A stretch of 64,000 bases of DNA. Source: Bugula neritina. Its lineage: Eukaryota > Animalia > Bryozoa. Position numbers and translations under genes: made by a program. Below are positions 52,486 to 63,658 of this stretch, in pieces. Numbering within the stretch: the first letter of the stretch is position 1; each line of letters starts with the position of its first letter. The notes under the pieces are model-generated. The model saw only the letters and a program-made list of their open reading frames with translations, was not told where the DNA came from and did not search any database. The DNA is taken from the NCBI GenBank assembly GCA_964035545.1, contig OZ037766.1:11336722-11400721 (forward strand), given 5' to 3'.

Positions 52486-53986
52486 CATGCACTCTAGCTG
52501 GCTCACTTGTGCAATATAAAATTTGCTTGGGGCAACTTCAACATATTAACATTTCAGCCAGCGATATGTACAAAGTGTACAAAACTTTAATAATCTACAT
52601 TGTCTTGTTTTTTTTATATTATCTCTTGTATTTATACTTGGAACATCTTTTAAAATAGTTTTAGTATAACTGTGTATTGTCTTGTGCTATGTATACATTA
52701 AAGTTTTTTCAATGATATATCTTTGCTTATTTGTACATTGCTCTATGTATATAGGATTAGAATCACTTATGTTATCCTCAGTTGGATTGACTACTTCATT
52801 TTGTGTGACCAATAATAACACAGTCCTATCGGAATCTACACAAGTGTAACCTCATATTAGTGAGGAATCATCTTAGTATTTTATTTTTATTATAACAAAG
52901 ATTGAAACAATTACGTTTTAGGCTTTTAATTACTTATACTAATATATACTTAAAATGATAGACATTCAAATAATTTCAATACTTTTTAGGTTCTGTGGCA
53001 GGTTTTATAATGTTTAGTACAGGTGTGCTTGCTGATTTAATGTTACGCAATTTTTTTCAAGAATTCAAATTTTTGATTCATTCTTGCATCTGCTTATATT
53101 TTGATAGAATTGTATGTAATTAGATTTTTAATTTTTTATTATTTATGTAATGCTGTACCATTACGCAGTGGGCCAAGTCACCATGTCCATTATGATGTAA
53201 TAAACTTTACAGTTTGAGAGTTCCTTTGCACTCATGTTAATAGAAGTCTAGTTTGCAATCAACCTGAAATATTTTTGAAATAAATTAATCTTAAGTAATG
53301 TAATGCATTTTCTGAGATCTTCTATGAAATATGTGAAAGTGTGTTATACCTACAAAATACTGTATTTAGCAATGCTTCCTTATCCTTTCATTCATGAAAT
53401 GTCATCTGGCAAGGCTTTATTGGATATTTAGGATACACTTTAATGTCAAGGTTATAAGTGTAGTGAAATTGTGATGTTTTATAACATTATGGTCAACATC
53501 CTTAGCTTTTCTTTCCTAATTTATTTATATTTCTCACACACATCCTTAAACAACACATTTTTTAAATGTAAGGATATTCTGCAATGGGAAGGCATTTAAA
53601 AGACCTACCAATTTGACAGATATCATGTTGCAATAACATTGTAGTATATAGGTATGGCCATATGTTGAGTGTTTTAAAAAATACAACTAAAATACAGGAG
53701 GTCAGAAGTCTATAGATCAATTTTAGGACAAGCTTTCACTATAATTCCTCCATGCAAAACTTGTATGAAGCCAGACTTTTTATTCGAAGAGTGTAGATGA
53801 CATTTATTTATACAAAGCTAGCACCTAGTAAAACTAAAAACATGATAGTGAAAATTATGGTCAATTGAGATCAATCTTGTGTAGAATGTTAACAATTTTA
53901 TTGTCATAGGATTATCTCACATAGTAGAATAACTCCAGGGTATAAAATATTATGAGCGATTTTTCCTCCGACTTGAACGAAATCAT

Positions 53987-53997
53987 TGCGCCTGCGT
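53987..53997. promoter_or_regulatory. NRF1/EWG-like site (TGCGCCTGCGT) in the ILRUN promoter island
   Basis: Resembles YGCGC(A/C)TGCGC; lies in the CpG patch 53950-54250. Confidence 0.35.
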
Positions 53998-54229
53998 AAC
54001 CAATTTCCGTAACGTTTACGCCAAGAAAAAAATGATTTGTCATCTGACTTACTCATAGTAATTGTAGCTGAGATTGTTCAGTTTGGCGTCATAATAATCT
54101 TCTATGAACATGAAGCACCTATTGAATACCTAGTTATTTTCGTATAAAAGTGACACCAACAGCGCTCAGTTCCTCCTGGCAATAGATAAACTCTGTCTGT
54201 CTCTTACTCGAACACTCTTTACTTTTTAG

Positions 54230-54420
54230 TTTCAGTTCGAGTTGCACTTGCACAGTTGTAACAGTAACAGTAACTGACAGCCGCAGTCAACTGCCACTTG
54301 AACAAAGGCGATTACTTTTACTATTAGTAATTACTAGTATTACATTTGCTCGCTTATTTACTCTGTTGGACTTACTAATACAATAAGTATAACATTAACT
54401 ATAAGTATAAGTCAGAGTGT
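54230..54420. repeat. Short hexamer-periodic tract between the ILRUN promoter and first coding exon
   Basis: gtaacagtaacagtaact, tagtaattacta, ataagtataacattaactataagtataagt. Confidence 0.6.
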
Positions 54421-54537
54421 CACTCATTCCGATTCTCGATCTCACAACCATTAGACTTAGCCTTACTGATACTAAACAGGAAACACCATTCCGTTTAAGT
54501 ATAACTGGTAACACTTGGTCTATCTATTGCTGGAGTC

Positions 54538-54692
54538 ATGGATGTCGATAATGACATAGATGGGCAATTGCTGCAGCAATTGCGAACTTTAGGGACCCAG
54601 GATAGAGAAGTCCTAGTAAAAGAGTTTCAACGACTACTGGGAAATCAATTGAATCCATCAGCATGTTCATTCTTTCTTGATATGAATAACTG
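54538..54692 (+). CDS. ILRUN: ILRUN/C6orf106 exon 1 (UBA-like domain)
   Basis: MDVDNDIDGQLLQQLRTLGTQDREVLVKEFQRLLGNQLNPSACSFFLDMNNW, near-colinear with human ILRUN (LGTTDKDVLISEFQRLLGFQLNPAGCAFFLDMTNW). Confidence 0.95.
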
Positions 54693-55646
54693 GTTAGTTT
54701 CTGTTGTATACGTGTAATTTCAACTTTGTTATTGCTATCACTATGGCTGCTTTTTGCTGTAAGACTAAGGTTTATGTTAGTGTATCACTGTACGCATTGA
54801 AATAAGATCCAATATTATTATTATTATTATTAGCACTATTCGGTATTCACTAGTGGAATTGAAGCTGGAGTTTTAGTCTAGGAATAATTTGACAGCAACA
54901 TCAAGTGAACATCTATGTAAATTGTTAAACTAGATTCATAGGTCACGCACTCAAGTAACTTTTTACTACATTTTTATTTTATTTAGATCTGGTAAAAAAA
55001 CTCTGCAGTCTACAAAGTATCTTTTTGTTAATAACTGATATTAATGTATATGGGATGTGCTCTAAAGTATTGGTATATGCATGTTAGCCTACTCCATCTA
55101 CAATTTAGAATGCAATGTCCCCCCCCCCCATTCACATTTAGTGATAATACATTTCCTCAACCAACTGTCCTAATATGCTAACTTTAAAAAGAACCCTTTT
55201 TAACTTATGCCTTACTTCTGCACCCTTCTCTCCTTTCTACTTCTATCAATTCTAATTTCAGAGTAACAATGTTATTATCTAAAAAATATTTTTGAATGTC
55301 ATTTTCATTGGACTGCTCTCTTTAACTTAGAATCAACACTTTTTATATAGTTTTCTGTCTAATAATAAGTAGAAGTGATTACAAATATGGTTTATAAACC
55401 CAAAATATGTAAGCCATCAATTTACAAACAATACTCTGTGCAAAGTGTCTGAACTTATAATTGACATAATTTATAAACGTTTTGAATCTCACTATAGTAT
55501 TATATGTCTTCATTTGTGCTGATATTACTATAGTATGGCAATTTATGCTCTACTAAACTTGAAAGTTTGATAAACTATTATATAGTCAACTGTAACTCAG
55601 CTAGTTTGAAACTATCTGTTTAGTCTCACTATCAATTTTTCTTTAG

Positions 55647-55807
55647 GAATTTGACGGCTGCCATTGGTTCTTATTATGACTATGAACTGAATGCTGAAAA
55701 TGGTCCACAGCTATCCATGGTGTTTGTAAAAGATATTACTATTGGCGAAGGAGAGTCTGTTCGTCCGAATGTCAATTTCATTAAGACTTGGAAGATCAAG
55801 AATTCAG
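55647..55807 (+). CDS. ILRUN: ILRUN exon 2 (start of NBR1-like FW domain)
   Basis: NLTAAIGSYYDY...MVFVKDITIGEGESVRPNVNFIKTWKIKNS(G). Confidence 0.95.
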
Positions 55808-55865
55808 GTTGAACAGTCACAATTGCCTGTATTAAGTATTCTACAATAGGTGAATGCAAAACTTC

Positions 55866-55937
55866 TGCCCCCACCGGGAATCGAACCCCAGTCCTCCAAC
55901 TTTCAAGCCAGTATGTTAACCATTGCACTATAGGAGC
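55866..55937 (-). mobile_element. tRNA-derived SINE head or tRNA pseudogene in ILRUN intron 2
   Basis: GCTCCTATAGTGCAATGGTTAACATACTGGCTTGAAAGTTGGAGGACTGGGGTTCGATTCCCGGTGGGGGCA has A- and B-boxes and a pairing acceptor stem, but a poor D-stem and anticodon arm. Confidence 0.65.
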
Positions 55938-56385
55938 TACTGGGGAATCACAATGTCGCAGTAAACTGCCATTTGTTCAGCTGGCACCATATTCGTTATG
56001 ATTAACCCATTCATCTTGCTATTTTTTTTTAATTAAAATGCAGAGAAATATTGACATTTCTAGCTTGTGAGTGAAAGAGGAAGACTAATAAAATGTATTT
56101 AGCTATCCTCTTAATATGTGGAATGGAAAATTTATTCACTCTTTTTTCTTATAGCTAAACATAAATTTAGTGCTTTAATACATCTTGTTCAGCTGTTGAA
56201 TTTTCTAGTTTTACTCATGTTTTCAACTATTTTTTCATTAGCCTCAATTGTATTTGCTGTAAAACTGTTTTATATATTGTGGTGTACCAATTATGTCAAG
56301 TTGGTTTATAAAGTCATTTAATGTTATATGATTTTCTAATATGGGATTGCACTAAGATGTTCAATTTGCTATGCTATACTTAAAG

Positions 56386-56583
56386 GAAATAGCTCATGGC
56401 CGCCAGGCTGTTCGCTCAAGTTTACTTCTGGCTGTCAACTGGGTGCAGCGGAGCGAGTAATGGTCGAGTCACTAGACCCCGGTGCAGAGCTGGATGTGAG
56501 CGTGCCAATGACTAGCCCTTCCGTTGCTGGCATGTATCAAGGGCAGTGGAGAATGTCTTCACCTACCGGTGTAATTTTTGGAG
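56386..56583 (+). CDS. ILRUN: ILRUN exon 3 (FW domain)
   Basis: NSSWPPGCSLKFTSG...DVSVPMTSPSVAGMYQGQWRMSSPTGVIFG. Confidence 0.95.
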
Positions 56584-56800
56584 GTGGGTGTTTATACTAT
56601 GTTTATAAAGTATATAAAAGGCAGTAATGTGTTGTAAATTGTTAGTCCTAATTTTTGCAGGTGTTAGATACTGGATACTGTGACACAACTTGATCAGATT
56701 GTATGCTCAGTAGCCATTACTTGTAGTATGATTATGTCTCAGTCTTCAAGTTGAATAGTTGAGCCACAAAACAGTTTTCAAAGAGTTTAATCTGTTTTAG

Positions 56801-57108
56801 ATACTATTTGGGTTATATTGCAAGTTTCTGAAACTGGTTTACTGGATATAACACAAGAAATGTACAGATTTGGCGGAGATTTAGGGAACTCTCAAGCAAA
56901 GTCTACCGAACATTTAGATGAAACTTATAACCCATTTAGTTCTCCACCTAGACATTCAATTAGTAATAGTCAGCAAGAATCAAATAGACATCTATATGTT
57001 AATGGTTTGAGTTATGCTCAAGCAAACAATGGGCAGCAAACTATATCCACCCAACACGATAGTCAGCCTAATGATGCATCTTCTTGGCATATATCTTTTC
57101 AGTCCAAG
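56801..57108 (+). CDS. ILRUN: ILRUN exon 4
   Basis: DTIWVILQVSETGLLDITQEM... then a disordered tail containing NPF; phase 1-0. Confidence 0.92.
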
Positions 57109-57404
57109 GTTAGTTTACTTTGCAATATATATTTTATTCACTAAAAATTGCTATTTACTTCAAGAACTTCAGTATTAGTGAGGGGTTGTCTTCTCTTATG
57201 TTTTTGAAGTTTAGCTCCGCTATGTGCAATAATAATTATGTGCATAGTATTGATATAGTATTAACCAATTTGCTTGTTTATCTTTGAGGAATTTGTACAT
57301 ATGCAGGTATATTTGTGGGAATTACCTTTATTTATGCTATCTGCCAGTCCTTATGTAGTATAATTTCTCCTCATATTTTACTTAAACATTTATTTTTGTT
57401 TTAG

Positions 57405-57428
57405 GCAGAGGGAGAAGATATGCAATAG
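57405..57428 (+). CDS. ILRUN: ILRUN terminal exon (AEGEDMQ*)
   Basis: tttttgttttag acceptor, phase 0; total CDS 846 nt (281 aa); AATAAA near 57607. Confidence 0.7.
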   Translation, partial: AEGEDMQ

Positions 57429-58842
57429 TCTTTCATCCTTGGATTATCATAATTTTCAATAATATCCATATCATGCTTTTTTTGCTAATTCGGCTGTAGT
57501 TTTTGTTATTGAAAAGATGAAATTTTAATTAATGTTAATTTGAACGAAACTTATAAAACTTATAGTTGTATTGTAGTTTTGGCTTGAAACAAAATGTTTT
57601 CAAATTAATAAAGGTATAAAAGTCTGTGCACAAAGTGGTATACTAGATATAGTCTTCGAAAAGCCACTTTGATTTTTACTGACATGATCAATTATTTATT
57701 ATAACTCCAGCACTCTAGAGCTTCAACTGTTTGTAGATTTTGCAAGATCAGTAGAATGTAGTATTAACAGCTGATGTTATGTTAGTTAAATTGAGCTTCT
57801 GCTGTTTTCAACATTGAGGATGCTTTTGTTACTGCTAGTGCTATCTGTACACTTATTTTTGTAGCTTGAATTTTTCTGTGATACTAAACTTCATAAAAAT
57901 GTTTTTGTAAACGGGGAAAGTGTGATAACTGTATTTTTAGCATGTCATTATTTTTGGCCATATAATAAATGATGAGCAAATGTATGAGATATTCTGGGAA
58001 TCTGGAATAAAAATACTGGATTAAAAGCGTATAGAAAGCCTGTGCCAGTGTAACTATTATATGTTACATGGTATATAGTAGTAAGACATACATCTGTAAA
58101 TCTTGGGTTTTTACTGTAGATCGAAATTTCAGACTGGCACTTGCATCCAAACATGTTCATTTAGAATAATTATGTGCCAGGTCACATGGCCTCTGGCTGA
58201 AATGGGCGTTAAAAATGCTTGTTAAGCAAAAGATAGTATTTTGTAAGATTGTAGCTAATAATAATATTTGAGAACAGTTGCTGACACAAGCCTGAAAATG
58301 TATCTGCAAGTAAAAAGGCATCAACTCTGTACTGAGTCACATTTGCTATAATTATTATATACGTGCAATATGCATAGTCACTTGTTTTATTTCCTGTAAT
58401 AAAGTCCTATGCAGCTGCATGTTCGAAAAGTGGAAGCAAACTTTTACACTCCAAATTTGATGAAATAACGGACTTTCCATTGCATTACTATTAATACTTT
58501 CTTATCTTGCAATTGGAAAGCATTTTTTGGGCACTTTGTCTGGCTATGAGCTTTCCAATGCAACATCAATTTTATTTCCTACACACACATATCCATTCCA
58601 AAAGAGCTGCTGTCCACAAGTTGAGATATAATAATTTATGCTCAGCAATTCAGTGATTGAGCTCTTTAACCGTGGTCACAAACTCAAACTGCTAACATTT
58701 TGCAAGGCTCCTAGAGCCACTTGAGCTCCCTGACTTGAGTTTACACACCTTTTAAATATATGCTTTATTAGTAGAAACTTAAGTTTCTACTATTAAGCTA
58801 AGGTGTGGACCATGGTACCCGGTTTGTGCTGATGAGGGGACA

Positions 58843-58874
58843 AATCCCAAAACAGCTGCTGTTCACGGATTGAG

Positions 58875-58967
<93 letters not shown>

Positions 58968-58996
58968 AATCTGTGGACAGCAGCTGTTTCGGGATT
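58843..58996. repeat. Fold-back element: 33-bp inverted arms around a (TA)n microsatellite
   Basis: aatcccaaaacagctgctgttcacggattgaga-(TA)n-tctcaatctgtggacagcagctgtttcgggatt, with 3 mismatches between arms; a third arm copy at 58595-58626; a second (TA)n at 58996-59020. Confidence 0.9.
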
Positions 58997-60039
58997 ATAT
59001 ATATATATATATATATATATAATATGCATAGCTGCAGTTTGTGTATGTTGAAAATAGTATTATCAGCAGGCACCTGTTTTATATATGTATGTATGTTTTA
59101 GCATAGAGCACACTTTTTATAAAAACACAAGTTATATTAATGATGAGTGCATGTTGAGATAATTTTCATAATACTAAATTTTTTATTGGGAATATTCTTA
59201 ATAGATTTTGCCAGCATCTCCAAATAAATTTAGACTGGATGCAAGATTATATGGTCTGCATTAACTTATAAGAAGTGAAACACTTTGTGTTGTATCTTTA
59301 AATTAGAGAATAAATAAAATATTCGAAATAATTTAAAGCAGTTTTAACTGTTGCTAAATAGGAGTTATAAACAATGCCTGCATAGTTTTTGTGTAATTAG
59401 AAAAAGTCATATGATCACCTATAATAAGTAATGTTTTTTTTTTTACACATTAAATGCTGGCAGAAAGGCAATATTTGTGTAGGGTATAATGATCTGGTAT
59501 CTAAAAAACTTTACATTAATTTAATAATTAGAATTAAAAAGTAGAATTATTCATTGAGGCAAAGCCTAAAGAGTCAAATCTGTATCTTTTTTACAAACAT
59601 TGGTTCGATTTTGAAGTTATATACACACATTACATTCGTCTTCATGATTATAGTGCCTGTAACTATTATTATAGCTTATAGGCAAGAAGTCATACTGCTA
59701 GTTGCAGAGTCATGCCTGGTGACTAGTTGTAGATAAAAATAAAACAAATATAATGCAACAATCTTTCAAAGTTGGCTAGTGATTTCAAGTTTCCATGTAT
59801 GATATTTAAAAAGCAATTTTATTGCTACAGTTTTCATATATTGAATATACATAGTTTACCTATTTTTGTGTATCTTTTAGTTTAGACACAAATTTTAGCG
59901 CATAATAATTTGATATTTTGTAACTATTAATGGTAATTTATAAGTTTTACTGGTGGCATAAATCGTAGAAATTCGCATCAGTATCAAAATGGGAAATACA
60001 AAATACATTTGCTATACTTGATATCATGTGTAGTGAGAA

Positions 60040-60360
60040 AACCTAAACGATTTTTTCTATCGAAGTTGTCGTTAGATGAATGATTCAAGCCTTTTAAGTA
60101 ATCGGCATTACATATTATAGAAAAACACTAGCTTGCGGCTTTATATACAAATATGTTAAAGCTAGGTTACTAGAAATGCGCATGCTCACTTTACAATAAT
60201 GGTATTTCCTATTCTTTGTGAATTTTATGTTTGGTTGCTTTTAGTGTTATTGTTCAATTTTCAGTTAGTAGACATTGGGAGTATCGCTCTAATTATTAAA
60301 ATCAGTGTATGAGTAATCGATTTAGCTGTCATTTTATGAGTTATCGACTTTAAAATTTAG
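60040..60360 (+). promoter_or_regulatory. Probable CK1 promoter / 5'UTR first exon
   Basis: CpG-containing patch with NRF1-like TGCGCATGCT (60177-60186) and donor AG|gtaatt at 60360; the next acceptor, tcttttacag at 63194, precedes the CK1 ATG. Confidence 0.45.
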
Positions 60361-60399
60361 GTAATTTGAGGTCGATTAAACTTGAAGTTAAGCTGAAAG

Positions 60400-60930
60400 T
60401 TTAACTAAATACTAATAGTAATAGTAAATTACTAAAATAGTAAATAAGGCTTAGAGCAGAACTTAAACTTAAACTAAAAGTAAAACTTTTAGTTTCAGTT
60501 TTAGTTTGGGTTTCAAATTGAGATTTAGATTAACATTAAGATTGTTCTGATGACTCATAACTAATACTGTTGATGATAGACCTGCTCTCAGTGATTTACT
60601 TTGAGCAAAGTAAAAGTTGAAGTTTAACCTGAGCTAAACTAAAATTATCTAAAACTGTAAAAGTAAAACTAAAAGTAAAACTCAAGTTGTAGACTCAGAT
60701 TGAGTTATGAGTCATAACTCGTAAGTGAAACTAAAACTCAAAGTTGAAACTACTACTAGTACTAGCAACTGCAAGTAAAAGTTTAACTGGAGACTCTGCT
60801 GGAGACTCGGGCTTGGTCTTACGAGTTTAACTTGAAGTTTTAGTTAAAGTTAAACTTAATGAAAGTGAAACTGTTACTGAAAAACCAAGTCTATTAGTAT
60901 TTCTAACTAAACTTAAAAAAGTTACACTTG
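60400..60930. repeat. Degenerate hexamer-periodic tract (AAAACT/AAAAGT/TAAACT type) with palindromes
   Basis: aaacttaaacttaaactaaaagtaaaact..., aaaagtaaaactaaaagtaaaactc. Confidence 0.85.
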
Positions 60931-61019
60931 AACTAAAAGAAAGGCGGAAGGCAAAGCACAAGAACCGTCACCAGACCAATAATGTTGTTAACTTTTAATT
61001 TATCTTGTATTTGTCAAAG

Positions 61020-61320
61020 TATCATAATGATAATGATTATCAAATAATCAGAATAATGACGCCAGTCCAGTATTGGTGTTCGTGCTCAAACTGTCATATC
61101 GGGAACTGCTATGACTTTTACGATAATGATGGTATTGTTCATTTGCTTTTATTCTAAATCTGAGTTTATTACTAATTTACTATTGCTATTATTAGCATTA
61201 ATATAATTATAAGTATGAGTCATATTTATATTATCAATGTAAATGTCAGTATTAGTGAATATCAGTCACTCACAATGTAAAAACCATAATCAATATCAGA
61301 TTAAGTATATCGATTATCAT
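61020..61320. repeat. Weaker hexamer-periodic tract (ATAAGT/ATGAGT/ATCAGT)
   Basis: ataagtatgagtcat, gtcagtattagtgaatatcagtcact; adjacent to a CpG patch at 61330-61450. Confidence 0.5.
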
Positions 61321-62591
61321 TATGAATGGGTGCAGGTCATTTCGTACCCACTTTTTCAAGTCGTTTGGAGTTTGAGGTTAACTTATTATTCATTTTATGC
61401 GCAGCAGTTTGTGCAAAAAATAACCATTTTGTATACGAAACGACCGGTGTAGGAAACAACAGAAACTTTTATGAATCATTAGGACTAAATAACACTAGTT
61501 GAAAAAATAAAATAGACATTATTATAATTTGAGTATTGGTGTGGGGCAATAGCTAGAGTCTGGGTATAAATATCAGTATGATTATCATTACCTTTATGAG
61601 AATAATTAGTATTGTGGCTTTCCAAATGAATCAATTTGGTGTGGGTGTGATAACTTTAGCCATGAAGATTAATTATAATGGTAATCATTTTGACTATATT
61701 TGTTTCAGTATTTGTAATACCAGATTTTATCATTTAAATTTATAATATAATTACAACTGTAAACATGTTAGCCATTATATTTATTTGGTAATAGTGTATT
61801 AGAAAGTTGATAAAAGTATGTTTTTTATTTTCTCACTAGTTTGTAAGCAGCATTAAATTTGCTTTAAGTGTACTGTATTATTATTTTACTTTATTTGCAC
61901 TAAGAATCATTATTCTTGATAATAACTATAACTATAATTATGACTGATGCTGGTAGTCATGTAGTTATCACACCTATAGTTATACAAATGTAGCCCTAGT
62001 CATATTCATAGAGACGCTTATACTAAATCTAATAATGATACTGACAGTTATTATTTCATAGCAGCAAAAGTGTAACTCTTACATATTGTAACTTGGTATG
62101 GATAAAATGCTTTCTTATATAAAACCTAACCACATTAGCTAATAATTCACTTGCTCCTAAATTGTTTTTATCCCTATACAAGTATAGAATAGGGAAATGA
62201 AATTACATCTATTTGGGAAAAATAGACCTGGTGTAATTTAAGTGAAAAAGCAACTTGCAAAGAATTTAAGCGGTCATAAACACTACTCTGACCGATTTTT
62301 ATGAAAAGCAAAATTGGAAATTCAAATTTTTATAGGTATAAGTCTATAAAAATAAAACTTGCCAGACTTAGATCAACCAACTTTAAAAGTTATAATATAT
62401 TTTTTTAATATATTAGGTTAGTCATTTTTAAAATAAAATATTATGATTCATTGGTTTACTGATTTATTACATATTACAGACATGAAAACATATTGTGAAA
62501 TTTAGTGTTAATACTGGCCTTAAGAAGTAAATATGAATAAATATGGAAACAAGTCAAGGACTCTCTAGGATTATTTAAAATAAAATTTCAT

Positions 62592-63014
62592 TTAAAGTAG
62601 GTACAAGGTGGCGTACAAAACCATCTTTGCCCCATGCCCCTCTACATGTAATGGTTCGATGCTTTCCAAATGGTTATCGTCTTCTATGTATTTGATGGCA
62701 AGTGCTTTAGTTAGTTTCTGAATATTTAAATCTATGTCATGATACTCAATGCCAAGTTTAGAGCAATCTTTGAAAATCTTTCTGATGGAAGAATTTTCAG
62801 CGTGAATGGTTAGGATTTTAGTATATATTAAATTTGATAATCTATATATGGCCCTAATTCTAATAACTTTATTGATAAAGCTCATTATTATTATGTGAAC
62901 TTCATTGAGTGGTAGCTGTTCCATTAACTGGTCCAGGCTTGGTTCTCTCTTTATGTAGGAAAACTTTTTTCTCGTTGTAACTTCGAAAATGTCAGTAAAG
63001 TCAACTAGCTGCAT
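62592..63014 (-). other. 140-codon orphan ORF antisense within the inferred CK1 intron 1
   Basis: Longest non-repetitive ORF not explained by a gene model; no recognisable motif. Confidence 0.3.
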
Positions 63015-63261
63015 TATTAGCTATACCATTTATTAATTTATATACTCACCCGATATTAATTAAAGAATGCCGACACTCTCAAGATCCAAGTTATTACATG
63101 TGACAGACAGTCTTTGTTTTCTCATCTGGCACAGTTGTCTTGGGCTTAAAATGTTGATTGGTTGAGTTTAAGTATTTTGTTGCTTCTTTTACAGATCATA
63201 TAAATTTCTAAGCGCCGGGTCGTTTTTGAAATTTGAGGAACTGTCGTAGCTTATATTTTCA

Positions 63262-63337
63262 ATGGAGTTGAGGGTTGGGAATAAATACAGGCTGGGCAGA
63301 AAAATTGGCAGTGGTTCTTTTGGAGACATTTATCTAG
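63262..63337 (+). CDS. CSNK1D: Casein kinase 1 delta/epsilon (doubletime-like), coding exon 1
   Basis: [25 protein letters not shown](G) is the CK1delta/epsilon N-terminus with the Gly-rich loop; donor gtgagt. Delta and epsilon are vertebrate paralogues, so the symbol is nominal. Confidence 0.97.
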
Positions 63338-63547
63338 GTGAGTGGAACAGAGTAATTATAAGTCAAAAGTTTTCTGCAGTTAAAATTAATAGTATCACTA
63401 TGGTGCAAAAAATTCTTTCAGCTCACCATCAGCTGTTATATATACGCAACTGTGATGTAATAATTTAATTTATCTTAGTTCTTGGTATACTTTAAAGCAA
63501 TTATTAATTGAACATATAATTTTTACATAAGTATTTGGGTTGTTTAG

Positions 63548-63658
63548 GTACAGATGTATCCACAGGAGAAGAAGTTGGCGTGAAACTAGAGTGTGTTAAA
63601 CTTAAACACCCACAGCTTCACATTGAAAGCAAAATCTATCGAATTCTTCAGGGAGGAG
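63548..63658 (+). CDS. CSNK1D: CK1 delta/epsilon coding exon 2; the gene continues beyond the window
   Basis: [36 protein letters not shown]; contains catalytic Lys38. Confidence 0.96.

Noticed and set aside
55680-55928. 82-aa minus-strand ORF
   Set aside because: Read-through of the tRNA-like element into the antisense of ILRUN exon 2.
58793-59101. IYIYIY-rich ORFs on both strands
   Set aside because: Translation of (TA)n microsatellites.
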